The translations under genes were made by a program, and so were the position numbers. Below are positions 39,818-51,407 of a stretch of 64,000 bases of DNA, piece after piece. Source of the DNA: Octopus sinensis (lineage: Eukaryota); contig NC_043005.1 of assembly GCF_006345805.1 (NCBI RefSeq), positions 64,666,001 to 64,730,000 on the forward strand, given 5' to 3'. Within the stretch, counting starts at the first letter, position 1; each line of letters begins with the position of its first letter. The notes under the pieces are model-generated. The model searched no databases. It had not been told where the DNA came from and was given only the letters and a program-made list of their open reading frames with translations.

Positions 39818-42800
39818 TCATCATCATCATCATCATCATTTAGCGTCCGTTTTCCATGCTAGCATGGGTTGGACGGTTCAACTGGGGTCTGGGGAGCCCG
39901 AAGGCTGCACCAGGCCAGTCAGATCTGGCAGTGTTTCTACAGCTGGATGCCCTTCCTAACGCCAACCACTCCGAGAGTGTAGTGGGTGATTTTATGTGCC
40001 ACCGACACAGGTGCCAGACGAGGCTGGCGAACGGCCACGCTCGGATGGTGTTTTTATGTGCCACCGACACAGGTGCCAGACGAGGCTGGCAGACGGCCAC
40101 GCTCGGATGGTGTTTTTATGTGCCACCGACACAGGTGCCAGATGAGGCTGGCAGGTGCCAGACGAGGCTGGCAGACGGCCACGCTCGGATGGTGTTTTTA
40201 TGTGCCACCGACACAGGTGCCAGATGAGGCTGGCGGACGGCCACGATCGGATGGTGTTTGTTACGTCCCCAAAGCACGGAGGCCAGTCTATGCGGTACTG
40301 GCTACGGCCACGTTCGGATGATTTTCTTGTGTGCCACCGGCACTGGTACCACAAAGATACAAATTCCATTTATGCTCATCTATTTTGATTTGTTTTGATT
40401 TGATTTGATTTTCACTTGCCTCAACAGGTCTTCACAAGTGTCACTTGCCTCAACAGGTCTTCACAAGTGTCACAAGAAGGAAGGTATGCACAGGTGGACT
40501 GTCTACGTCGCCGGGTCTTCGGATGGTGTCTTTATGTGCCACCGACACAGGTGCCAGATGTGGCTGGCGAACGGCCACGATCGGATGGTTTTCTTGTGTG
40601 CCACCGGTACTGGAACCACAAAGATACAAATTCCATTGATGTTCATCTATTTTGATTTGGTTTGATTTTCACTTGCCTCAACAGGTCTTCACAAGTGTCA
40701 CGCGTGTCCTTGTGTGCCACCGGTACTGGAACCACAAAGATACAAATTCCATTGATGTTCATCTATTTTGATTTGGTTTGATTTTCACTTGCCTCAACAG
40801 GTCTTCACAAGTGTCACGCGTGTCACACACTTGCCTCAACAGGTCTCCACAAGTGTCACACACTTGCCTCTGCCTCAACAGGTCTTCACAAAGTGTCACA
40901 CACTTGCCTCTGCCTCAACAGGTCTTCACAAGTGTCATAAGAGGGAAGGTATGCACAGGTGGACTGACTACGTCGCCGGGTCTTTGGATGGTGTTTTTAT
41001 GTGTCACCGACACAGGTGCCAGGTGAGGCTGGCGAACGGCCACGATCAGATGGTGTTTGTTGTGCCCACAGCACGGAGGCCAGTCGATGCGGTACCAGCT
41101 ACGGCCACTTCGGATGGTTTTCTTGTGTGCCACCGGTACTGGAACCACAAAGATACAAATTCCATTGATATTCATCTATTTTGATTTGGTTTGATTTTTG
41201 ATTTTTGATTTTCACTTGCCTCAACAGGTCTTCACAAGTGTCACACACTTGCCTCAACAGGTCTTCACAAGTGTCATAAGAGGGAAGGTATGCACAGGTG
41301 GACTGACTACGTCGCCGGGTCTTCGGATGGTGTCTTTATGTGCCAGATGAGGCTGGCGAACGGCCACGATCGGATGGTGTTTGTTGTGCCCACAGCACGG
41401 AGGCCAGTCTATGCGGTACTGGCTACGGCCACGTTCGGATGATTTTCTTGTGTGCCACCGGCACTGGTACCACAAAGAATACAATTCCACTGATGTTCAT
41501 CTATTTTGATTTGTTTTGATTTGATTTTCACTTGCCTCAACAGGTCTTCATAAGTGTCACAAGAAGGAAGGAAGGTATGCACAGGACTGACTACGTCCCA
41601 GGTCGGGGCCACGGGTTATGGCCTGACTAGTCTTGCCGGGTCTTCTCATGCACAGCATACTTCCATAGGTCTCGGTCTCTAGACATTTCCTTAGTGAGAC
41701 CTAAAGTTCGAAGGTCGTGCTTCACCACCTCGTCCCAGGTTTTCCTGGGTCTACCTCTTCCACAGGTTCCCTCCACTGCTAGGGTGTAGCACTTTTGCAC
41801 ACAACTATCTTCAGCCTTTCTTGTCACATGACCATACCAGCGCAGCCGTCTCTCTTGCACGCCACAACTGACGCTTCTTAGGTTCAGCTTTTCTCTCAAG
41901 GAACTTACACTCTGACGATTATGAACACTGACATTACACATCCATCGGAGCATACTGGCTTCATTTCTTGCGAGCTTACGCATATCCTCAGCAGTCACGG
42001 CCCATGTTTCACTACCATGTAGCATGGCTGTACGTACACATGCATCATACAGTCTGCCTTTTACTCTGAGCGAGAGGCCTTTTGTCACCAGCAGGGGTAA
42101 GAGCTCTCTAAACTTTGCCCAGGCTATTCTTACTCTAGCAGTTACACTTTCAGCACACCCACCCCCGCTACTGACTTGGTCTCCTAGGTAGCGGAAGCTA
42201 TCAACTACTTCTAGTTTGTCTCCCTGGAACGTGGCAGAAGTTGGTCTCTGCATATTTCCAGTGTTTATTGCTCCTGAGCATTTGCCACAGACAAAAACTA
42301 TTTTCCTAGTTAGCCTTCCTTTGACATTGCTGCACCTCTTATGTGTCCATAGCTTACACTTGGTGCATCTTATAGAGTTTCTACCTACACCTTTTTTACA
42401 GATCGAGCAGGGCCATCTACCTGAAGGCGTTTGTGATTGATCTACCTTCCTACTTATTAGAACTTTGGTTTTGGCTAGGTTGATTCTAAGGCCCTTCGAT
42501 TCTAATCCTTGTTTCCACACCTGGAACTTCTCCTCCAGTTCTGATAGTGACTCAGCAATTAGAGCAAGGTCATCAGCATAGAGGAGCTCCCAGGGGCAAC
42601 CTGTCTTGAATTCCTCCGTTATTGCCTGGAGGACTATGATAAATAGGAGGGGACTGAGGACTGAACCTTGGTGGACCCCAACCTCTACCCGGAATTCTTC
42701 ACTGTACTCGTTGCCCACCCTCACCTTACTAGCAGCGTCTCTGTACATGGCTTGCACAGCTCTCACCAACCATTCTTCTATCCCTAGTTTCCTCATTGAC

Positions 42801-42930
42801 CACCAGATAAGGGACCGGGGGACCCTGTCAAAGGCTTTCTCCAAGTCAACAAAAGCCAGGTACAAGGGCTTATCTTTGGCTAGGTATTTCTCCTGCAGCT
42901 GTCTTACCAGGAATATAGCATCAGTAGTAC
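39815..42930 (-). mobile_element. Young 5'-truncated RTE LINE with an expanded tandem-repeat 3' UTR and (GAT)n tail, inserted in (TA)n
   Basis: Uninterrupted RT reading frame, ~1.8-kb repetitive 3' UTR, TA tracts at both ends. Confidence 0.93.
41627..42865 (-). CDS. RTE LINE reverse transcriptase (N-truncated, open frame) with an internal PHD-type finger
   Basis: Motifs FVDLEKAFDRV, GVHQGSVLSPLLF, YADD, FRYLG, RLRWYGHV and GRGRPRKTW. The frame is open upstream to ~42930. Confidence 0.9.
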   Translation of the reverse strand: MYLAFVDLEKAFDRVPRSLIWWSMRKLGIEEWLVRAVQAMYRDAASKVRVGNEYSEEFRVEVGVHQGSVLSPLLFIIVLQAITEEFKTGCPWELLYADDLALIAESLSELEEKFQVWKQGLESKGLRINLAKTKVLISRKVDQSQTPSGRWPCSICKKGVGRNSIRCTKCKLWTHKRCSNVKGRLTRKIVFVCGKCSGAINTGNMQRPTSATFQGDKLEVVDSFRYLGDQVSSGGGCAESVTARVRIAWAKFRELLPLLVTKGLSLRVKGRLYDACVRTAMLHGSETWAVTAEDMRKLARNEASMLRWMCNVSVHNRQSVSSLREKLNLRSVSCGVQERRLRWYGHVTRKAEDSCVQKCYTLAVEGTCGRGRPRKTWDEVVKHDLRTLGLTKEMSRDRDLWKYAVHEKTRQD

Positions 42931-42953
42931 TTTATATATATATATATGTATGT

Positions 42954-42979
<26 letters not shown>

Positions 42980-42997
<18 letters not shown>

Positions 42998-43180
42998 CTG
43001 TGTTTGCCCACATCAATACTTGATGACCAGTGTTGGTGTGTTTTCATCCCCATAATCCCCAGCAAAAGAGGCTGATAGAATAAGTATCAGGCTTAAAAAA
43101 ATAAGTCTTTGGGTCGATTCATTTAAACTAAAACTTCAATGGCCATAGTCTAATGACTGAATCAGGTAAAAGACAAAAGA
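42980..43180 (+). mobile_element. SINE family 1 3' half
   Basis: tgtgtctgtgtttg...gatagaataagta...atgactgaa...aaaaga tail. Confidence 0.75.
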
Positions 43181-43322
43181 TAACTGTTATCAAAAAAAAC
43201 GATGTATATTTTTAAATCCTCAACATCACTCTTTGTACATACAAAATAAAGTAATACTTCGATTTTTAATAACCAGACTTATTCTCAAAACAATTGTTTA
43301 AATTCAGAGAAAGAACATCTAC

Positions 43323-43395
43323 CTGTTACTAAGAAGTGATCCCAAGACCATCAAACTGTCTTCATTCAAAGAAATAGCTTCAGTAATAGTATCAC
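43323..43395 (-). CDS. DNAH5: Dynein heavy chain exon 6, 73 bp, GDTITEAISLNEDSLMVLGSLLSNR (not in ORF track)
   Basis: Manual translation; ttccag/gtagat sites, phase 1/2. Conserved EDSLMxLGSLLSNR motif. Confidence 0.92.
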
Positions 43396-43885
43396 CTGGA
43401 AGTAAAACAGAAACTGTGTCATAGCATTCTGCCATTGCTAGAGAAGTATATTTCACCATGATTTAATTACACCTCTGTGTCTTTTCTACTGCTGATTTCA
43501 GTTTTAGCATGTCTTGAAGGAAAGACTGGAATTTATAAGTAAATTTAAGAAGAAACAATTTATTATCTCTGATTATTTCTCTCAACAGATTACAAAGATG
43601 CAGTGAGTTTCTTGAAGGTTGTCAGTTGTATAAAATTTAGCCTATCAGCTTACTAGAAATAATAGTTAAATCTCCTTCAAACAACAGCATATTATTTTGT
43701 TTGAAAGAACAAAAAACTCTTTGGATAATAAATGCCCCAGACATGTTACATCTAAGAGTAAGACAGGGTGGTCATAAATGAAATGGCTTTGATCTTAGGT
43801 CTGCTTGACTGCAGCATAAATGGTGTTATGTGTGTATATACATATTTGTTTGTTTGTATGTATGTGTGTGTGTGTGTGTGTGCAC

Positions 43886-43935
<50 letters not shown>

Positions 43936-43975
43936 ATGTATGTATGTATGTATGTATGTATGTATGTATGTATTA

Positions 43976-45258
43976 TATCAGGCTGAGTAAAAAGTAAGCA
44001 ATGTTTTGAAACATGAAATTCATAATATATTTCAACAATGCAGAAATTTTATTTATCAAAGTAAGTACCATTACAATCAACACATTTTTGCCAATGAGTT
44101 ACAAGTCTGTTTATTCTGGTAACATAAAAATCTGGAGTTCTGGAGCTGATGAACTCTTTGAATGCACTTTCGGCATCGGTTTGATTTTTGAATTCATTCT
44201 CTCACAGGAAACCATCAAAGTGCTTGATAAAGTGGTAGTCAGTAGAAGAAAGGTCTGGGGAATAAGCTGGGTGGGGAAGAACTTCATAACCAAGTTCCCT
44301 CAACTTCTTGAGCATCATTCGTGAAATATGTGGTCGAGCATTGTCATGAAGAATAATTGGCCCTCTTCTGTTGACCAGTCTGAAATGGAGGAGTAGCAGT
44401 TTTTCATTTAGTTTGGCTGTTTCATGGCAATATGTTTCTGCAGTAATGGTTTTTCCGAGTTTTAAGAAGTTATAGTGGATGAGTCCAGCAGTACACAACC
44501 AAAGAGTCACCATAACTTTCTTTTTGAAGAGCCCAGGTTTAGGGAAGGTTTTTGATGCTTCATTTTGGTCCACCCACTGCAAAGAATGTTTTTTATTTAT
44601 GTACAGAATCCAGTTTTCATCGCAAGTTACAATATGGTCGAGAAATGGATCAGTCTGGTTATGGTGAAGAAGCGATGAGCAAATCTCATACCTGCGCATT
44701 TTCTGATTTTTGTTTAAATCATGTGGTACCCATTTGTTGAGCTTTTTTTTATTTTCTGATTGCATTCAAATAGTTGCAGGCACTTTCCTTGCTCTATTGA
44801 AGTTCTTTTGCCAGTTCTCGAGTGGTTTTACATAGATCTTTCTCAATGATGGTTTTTAGTTGACTGTTATCAATGACAGATGGGTGTCCACTATGCTCAT
44901 GCTCTTCAAGGCTCAGGTCTCCACTGCAAAATCATTTAAACTATTTTCAAGCTGACCACTCACTGGTCATTTCCTCACCATTTATTTCATTGATATCATG
45001 AGTTTCAGCTGCTTTATCTCTTTTTTTGAAGTTGAATAGCAAAATTGCTCAAATATCACATTTAGTTCCATTTCAGATGATTGTAACAATGGTGAAAAAA
45101 ATATCAATGTTAATTTATTGATGCATTTGGGAAAGTCTATGTCTGTATTATCAGCCAATTTTTAAAATAATGTTTAAAACAAAATTCAAAACTCTGCAAA
45201 AATCCGGTACAAATTCTTCGTGGTTCAAAACATTGCTTATTTTTTACTCAGCCTGATA
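43976..45258 (-). mobile_element. Full-length mariner transposon (1,283 bp, 35-bp TIRs, TA TSD), transposase disrupted
   Basis: TIR tatcaggctgagtaaaaagtaagcaatgttttgaa with 1 mismatch. ORF 44202-44765 has WVPHDL, VTCDENW, HDNARPH and YSPDLSSTDYH (DD34D). Confidence 0.93.
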
Positions 45259-45494
45259 TATTTTTTAGTTTCTTCTGTGGGCAACCTGGTGAAGTACATA
45301 GATTTCCAAGTCAATGCCCACAGCATGAAGCATAAAGAGAAATGGGAAAGGAACCATTCTGAGATAAATGCTTTTCCAGATTTCATAGCTGATGCAAATA
45401 AAGTTAATTGGTCATTCGGGGCAGTTCAGAGACTCAGATTACCACAAAGAATTTCTACAGCACAACACTGATAATCAACTTATTTGATACAAAC

Positions 45495-45621
45495 CTTTTA
45501 ACAATAACTCCCCACGATTTTTGAAGGTAGAGAAAGCTAATTCCTGTGTGGCCCATTCTTGTATGACTTGTTTCAACTTTGCTTCAATATCTTTTTCTTT
45601 CACAGCAGATATACATACATC
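45495..45621 (-). CDS. DNAH5: Dynein heavy chain exon 5, 127 bp, [16 protein letters not shown]...RGELLLKG (not in ORF track)
   Basis: Manual translation; tgtag/gtttgt sites, phase 0/1. Matches DNAH5-type DICISAVKERDIE. Confidence 0.92.
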
Positions 45622-45699
45622 CTACAATCAAAGAACGATGTTTCAAATGGTATTTAACACTAAATAGCAAAACCTTACACCATAAATATAATGGAAAAT

Positions 45700-46170
45700 A
45701 TGAGGTAAGTCAAAAATTATACACACCCTTGTTTCTGTAATTCATTAAAAAACAAAAGCAGTGATTGAACAATTACATCACTTTTCAACAGCTGCTTTGT
45801 TTTTCAATGAACTTCTTCCAACAGTTCACAAGCTTGCTTATTCCATTAGAAAAGAGGGTTTTTCGCTAGTCGAGCACTCATGATCCACTCCCTGTGCTTC
45901 TTGATCCATAGCAAATCAATGACCTCATAAAAGGATGTTTGATTAGTCCAGAAATATGATAGTCTGAAGGGGCCAGGACTGGACTATATGCAGGGCATCT
46001 CAGCAACTCAAAGCCTAATTTTCCAATCGTTTCAACATTATGGGCGACCATATTTGACAATAAACCTTAGTATTTGGGGTGAATTGCTTGTTTCAGCTTG
46101 TTGGCCAGCATTTTGCTATAGCCTACACTGATGACTTCAGATCCCTTTTCCAGGTAATGATCCTTCTTAT
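45700..46170 (-). mobile_element. Mariner transposase 3' fragment
   Basis: Peptide PAYSPVLAPSDYHI. Confidence 0.7.
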
Positions 46171-46415
46171 CAAATGCTTTAATTAGAACTTCTTTAAATC
46201 TCTTTTCAATGGGTTTTTAAGATTCCACGACCTCATTTTTCATATTGTTTGTCTCCAAGTCCTTCAACCTCTAAACATGAAGTGATTAATCACTAACCTA
46301 TATTGGGCTGAGCATTCTTGCCCAAGGAAAGACTTTGTATTTACAACCATGTAGTCTATTTTCTTGTGAGAATATTTATTCATACATGCATATATACTTA
46401 CACACACACACACAG

Positions 46416-46471
<56 letters not shown>

Positions 46472-46596
46472 TTATATATACATTTACATATAGGCACATG
46501 TACGTGGGTGTGTGGGCACACATGTGCATGTATGGACATGCACACTTACGCAATTACTATGAACATTTTTACTTCCTTACCTTTACTCCCTCCCCT

Positions 46597-46862
46597 TACT
46601 TAGCGGTCATTCTAACATAGTCTTAATAGTGGTCAATCACACAGTAATTTCCCTTTGTTTAACGGTCATTTTCATAGCATTTTTTTCGATGGCCCAATAA
46701 CCGAAGAGATGCCGGCATGGGTTTTCGCCCCGACATCCGAAACTCGGAGTTTTATCATGGCTACCGAATAATTGCCACATATTATATTTACAGATAAATT
46801 CCTCTATTTACATAATATCAAGGTCTCTTTCATTCTTTTGTTGTCTTACCATTTCTATCAAA
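46597..46862 (+). mobile_element. ~270-bp hammerhead-carrying element (family B), copy 2, core mutated to CCGAAGA
   Basis: Aligns with 39504-39773; motif at 46690-46763. Confidence 0.8.
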
Positions 46863-46874
46863 ATCCATATATAC

Positions 46875-46906
<32 letters not shown>

Positions 46907-46983
46907 TCACAGACACACATATACACAAGAGATGTACTTGCATAGCAAGTGACTTGATCTGAGATCGTGTGCTGGAACGAAAA

Positions 46984-47208
46984 CAATTGCAGCATGGAGG
47001 TTGTTTATAAGCTATTTAAGAAACACACAAAATCCATTAGATTCACTTCAACATTTAAATTTAATTTGTCAAAATATTTTCGTCGGTGAACAGGTCACGG
47101 TCTTAAAGTAACGAAAATATTTTGACAAATTAAATTTAAATGTTGAAGTGAATCTAACGGATTTTGTGTGTTTCTTAAATGGCTTATAAACACCTTCTGC
47201 ACTGCAAT

Positions 47209-47210
<2 letters not shown>
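46984..47210. repeat. ~100-bp-arm inverted repeat (foldback) with a hammerhead-like motif at its apex
   Basis: Arms 46984-47083 and 47111-47210 are near-perfect reverse complements. Confidence 0.9.
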
Positions 47211-47245
<35 letters not shown>

Positions 47246-47271
47246 CATCATTGTCATCATCATCATTGTAG

Positions 47272-47612
47272 TTTCTGGCTTCAAATTTCTGGAACCACTG
47301 TTGATAGTGGCTTACATTTATTGTCCAATCCCCATATAATGCATTAATATTCCCCACACTTTCTGTTGCACTGTTGCCTTTATTGAACGCATAAATCAAA
47401 ATATGCTGAATAAGCTCCTTTGCCTTTTCCATTATAGCTTTGAAAAATAACTGGTAAAATCAAACCACACTCTTCAAAACTTGCACTAAGAATAAGGAGA
47501 AGGTAAAATTACTACCTGATTTAATAGCAAGTTGATGCTGGTAGTTTATCCCATCTCCCTCCAACTTTTATTTCATGAAATTTAAAAACATTATTTATGG
47601 GATGACGCAATA
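47272..47612 (-). mobile_element. Mariner 5' fragment (N-terminal HTH)
   Basis: Peptide IQHILIYAFNKGNSATES...INALYGD...WFQKF. Confidence 0.72.
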
Positions 47613-48137
47613 TGTATATTTATGGTCATGTAAGGTGAGACAATTATTATACAAATCTTTTAATTCTCAACAAAATATTTTAATATTACAGTGATAAAAT
47701 TTATGTTGACAATGCCAAAATTAAATATGCAACTTCGCTCCTGATAAATTAAAATCTAACATGCAAATTAAGCAAAACATTCCAAATTTTCTATCAGGTT
47801 ACATTTTTCAGTACATCTGCTATATATTTTATCATGATCAAGAAACATTTGATGAATAGGTAAAAAGAACCGATCCATATCTGCTTTTGCTTCCTCACAA
47901 ATCACTTTTTGATTAAAAAGAAAACTACACAACCACATGCTATGTGGACATGCATGTGACTTTTCACATGCATGAACGTGCTCTATCTAAACAGTCATAT
48001 GCTATGTTTTTTAATGCATAAACAAAATAAATGTATAAATAAAAAATTGCATGAATAAAAAAAATTGTAATAATAATAATAATAATTATTATTATTATTA
48101 CACTTTCTACATTCACTGGAAAAGGACATAAAATTAC

Positions 48138-48378
48138 CTCAATATCTTCCTTGTTCGGTAATAATGGTGCTTCCATCAAATTCTTCAAAAGGAAAGTGTC
48201 AGATTCTACATCGAATTTGTGCTTTGTAAGTGCCTCAATTCTTTCCCAATGCCTTGGTTGCATGGCTTTGTTTGCCATCATTTCAAGCAGAGGGCAAGTC
48301 TCATTAAAATCATCAATTGTCTTGCTTAAATCAAAAAAGGCCTTCCACTGCTTCAAAGCCTTCGGCAGCTTCCGACAC
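48138..48378 (-). CDS. DNAH5: Dynein heavy chain exon 4, 241 bp, [11 protein letters not shown]...NKEDIE
   Basis: tgtag/gtaatt sites, phase 2/0. DHC_N2 motifs [17 protein letters not shown]. Confidence 0.93.
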
Positions 48379-48702
48379 CTACACACAAAAGTCATGAACT
48401 TTATAAGCAAAGCATTAAATACAAGTACAACTATCTCTCATATTTCTAAATATCTAAAATAGAATTGCCATTGAAGGTATGTTAAACTAGTTTAGCCATA
48501 CCGCACACCTGCCAAAGTCAGATGTAACATACATCATTATCATCGTTTTATCATCTATGCTTGCATAGACCAAATAAAATTTACTGAGTCAGATTTTCGA
48601 CGGCTGGATGCTTTCCCTGATATCAATATCATCCAGAGTTTGATACATAGCAGACATAGAGATCATGGCCCTTATTTCCAAGAAATATTGCAAATAAATG
48701 AT

Positions 48703-48759
<57 letters not shown>

Positions 48760-49699
48760 TGTATATAAACACACATGTCATCATTACCACCATTTAGTTT
48801 TCCTTTTTCTGTGCTGACATGAATATATATATATTTAGAGAAAGATAGTTATGGCTGCTTCATTGGGTTATCCAGGGTTTTGCATCCATAAAGCTCTTAG
48901 CTTTACATACATCTCATGAGACCCTAATAGCTAGTGGCCAACAATCTCTCTTCTTTTGAACAGAGCATTTGACAAGACATATGTAATGCTAAGCACTCTA
49001 TGGATGTGAAACCCAAGAACTGCCCATGACTATCTATCTATCTCTAAATACTTTAGTGCTCTGTAGCTTAGATTGTGGCAAAGAACATAAAAAGTGTGCA
49101 TCATTATGTTTAAATGATTAAATGTTCACAAAATTCAATAATATCAGAAATGATCGGTGAAGAACATAAAAAATGTGGATCACCAAATGTTTGGTAATAC
49201 TGAGTTAAGAGAGAGATAAAAAAGGGAGAAGAAAATAAAGGAAAGGGTTAGGGTTTGTTATCTTGGGTTCCTTTTTCCATCACATGCAGAGTTTTTAGCT
49301 GTAATGGAGTGTTTTGGAATCAGTGTATTTTATAAGTTTTCCATGAACGGATCTGATTTTTGATTTATTATAATTCTGATGACGTCTTATTCTTTCTGGT
49401 GGTCAAGCTTGGCATTCTGCCTGGTTGACTTCCTTGTAGGGAATGGTCATCAACCATTCCAGATGATTGATTCTCTTTAAGGGTCAGTTTGTTTTATTTG
49501 CTGAAGGTCTGGTTCTGATTGGAGGTTAAATTTCATTGGTTGAGAGATAGGTGATATCAGCAACTGATGTTTGTATAGTGTTATTGTATGGTCATTTGGA
49601 GTTGTGGTTTCAAAACCCAAGAAGAAGACTGTTACTAAAGATTTTCGAACTATGTCTATTGTATCTGGTTGGTTTTTTTTTGTGAAGAAATTGAGTTTT

Positions 49700-50400
49700 T
49701 TCTTCTTTTTGAAAGTTGATTTGTTACAGGCTTTGTTTATGGTGTCACTTCTGTGGATTTTAGGAAATCCATAAAAGTTGCTGGTTTTGCAATCAAATCT
49801 AGTTAAGTAATCTCTCTCCTTTTCTGTTAAATCTTGTTGGAACTGATGGATAAGGGTAGTAAGTTTTGCCATTATTGTAGATTGACTGTAGCTGTTGAAT
49901 TTTGCATAGTAGGTACTGTCTTGAACGAGGATTAGGGTAGTGTTTACGTATTTTTCTGAGTCCATGATTTCTACAGCACTCCCTTTATCAACTTCTTTTA
50001 TAATTATATTATGATCCTCCTTGAGATCATTAATGATTTCCCATTCTTCTTGACTTGTATTTGTTTTAAAGTTTCAAGGTGGAAGTAAATTATAGGGATA
50101 ATTGGATACCAAATCACAAAAGTTATCCAGAGTTTGACTTCTTTTTGTCAGTTTTAGTTAGTTAGTTTTAGTATGAAGTACTGAGTGATCATTAGTTTCT
50201 TTATCAAATAGTTCTTCAGTGAATTGAAGTTTTCTATAGAATCTCTGAATATCATTTTGTATTTCATTTAGGTTCAATTTTTGTGGTGTTGGGGTGAACT
50301 TCAGTCCTTTTGCAAGAATTTTGATTTGTTGGTTTGAAAAGGTTTTACATGAGAGATTTATAATCTTCAGGATCTCACACCAGGATGGTGTCATTGAGTG
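49700..50400 (-). mobile_element. Penelope-like retroelement, N-terminal and RT-start fragment (may extend ~49330-50750)
   Basis: Peptides IINLS...ILAKGLKFTPTP, IIKEVDKGSAVEIMD and FYGFPKIH are characteristic of PLE RTs. Confidence 0.85.
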
Positions 50401-50744
50401 TCCCAGTTTTGGCCCAGTTTTCCTAAAAAATGGTTCCTTGGTTTTTGATGTATGGAATTAGTGCTCTTGTTGATTGTCATTCCATTAACTCTTGATCTAT
50501 TGTGGGTTACATCTTGTAGTTTGGGGGGTGATTGTGGAAGATATGTCCCAAGTGGGAGAATTTCTTATTTCTTCTTTGGTCCTGTTCAAAGTCTTCATTA
50601 TGTGGGATGTGTCTCAGATGTGGGGAGTTCCTATTTTTCCTATAGTCCCACCTAAAAAAGTCATTCACGAAGAAGTTAGGTCTGAGACATGGAGGGTCCC
50701 TTGGGTGATAAGGTTTCTTTACCAAATTCACTTGCAAAAAGTTA

Positions 50745-50869
50745 GCTAACCAGGGGCTATAGTAGATAGCTATAGTAGATAACACTTGCCCAAGGCACCA
50801 TGCAGTCAGATTGAACCCAGAATCATGTGGTTGGGAAACAAACTTCTTACCACACAGCCATGCCTGTGC
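50745..50869 (-). mobile_element. SINE family 1 5' fragment
   Basis: Head with A and B boxes. Confidence 0.7.
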
Positions 50870-51107
50870 CAGTTATTTAATATTTCTAAAAAGACAATTC
50901 TATTGAATTCAAATTTGGTTCTCAACCTCTTCTCAATTTCCCAATTATGAAAACCATCCCCATGTCTAGTTGCTTTAATGGTAGAACAATCATTTACATA
51001 AATAGCAAAACAAAGTTTCTGTTTTTTATTGACTTTCAACATCAGAGATTAAATTTATTGGAAAAAAAAAGCCAAAACCAAAAGAAAAAAAAACGAAATG
51101 TATTTAC

Positions 51108-51407
51108 CTAGTTTGGAATTCAAGAAGTTCTGCATTTATTTTATCAATATCAATTTCAGTCCAGGGTATGTCATAATATCCACTCACAGAGGCCAGTACT
51201 GCATTATAAAGCTGGTAAAGTTTTTGTAAAAGATTTAGCTCTTTCTTTATTCTCAGTAAATCAGGGTATTCAGTAACTGGCAGACCAAAGAGCTCTTCAC
51301 CTCCAGAGTAGGTTAAGTATTTACCCCATAATTCATCAAATATGCACTGGAAAATCTTCATTCTATCAGATGCTTCTCTAGGCTCTATACCTTCTTCCAT
51401 TGGGCCT
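51108..51407 (-). CDS. DNAH5: Dynein heavy chain exon 3, 300 bp, [15 protein letters not shown]...ELLEFQTR
   Basis: tttag/gtaaat sites, phase 2/2. The motif [16 protein letters not shown] is typical of gamma-type axonemal dyneins. Confidence 0.93.

Noticed and set aside
39960-41600. Regularly repeated units resembling a CRISPR array
   Set aside because: The intervening sequences are themselves repeated, there are no cas genes, and the region is the 3' UTR of an RTE LINE.
18638-43322. Missing or alternative dynein exon in the 24.7-kb intron
   Set aside because: The flanking exons join seamlessly (GSLLSNR|YNIPFK) as in DNAH5, and no dynein-like peptide was seen inside.
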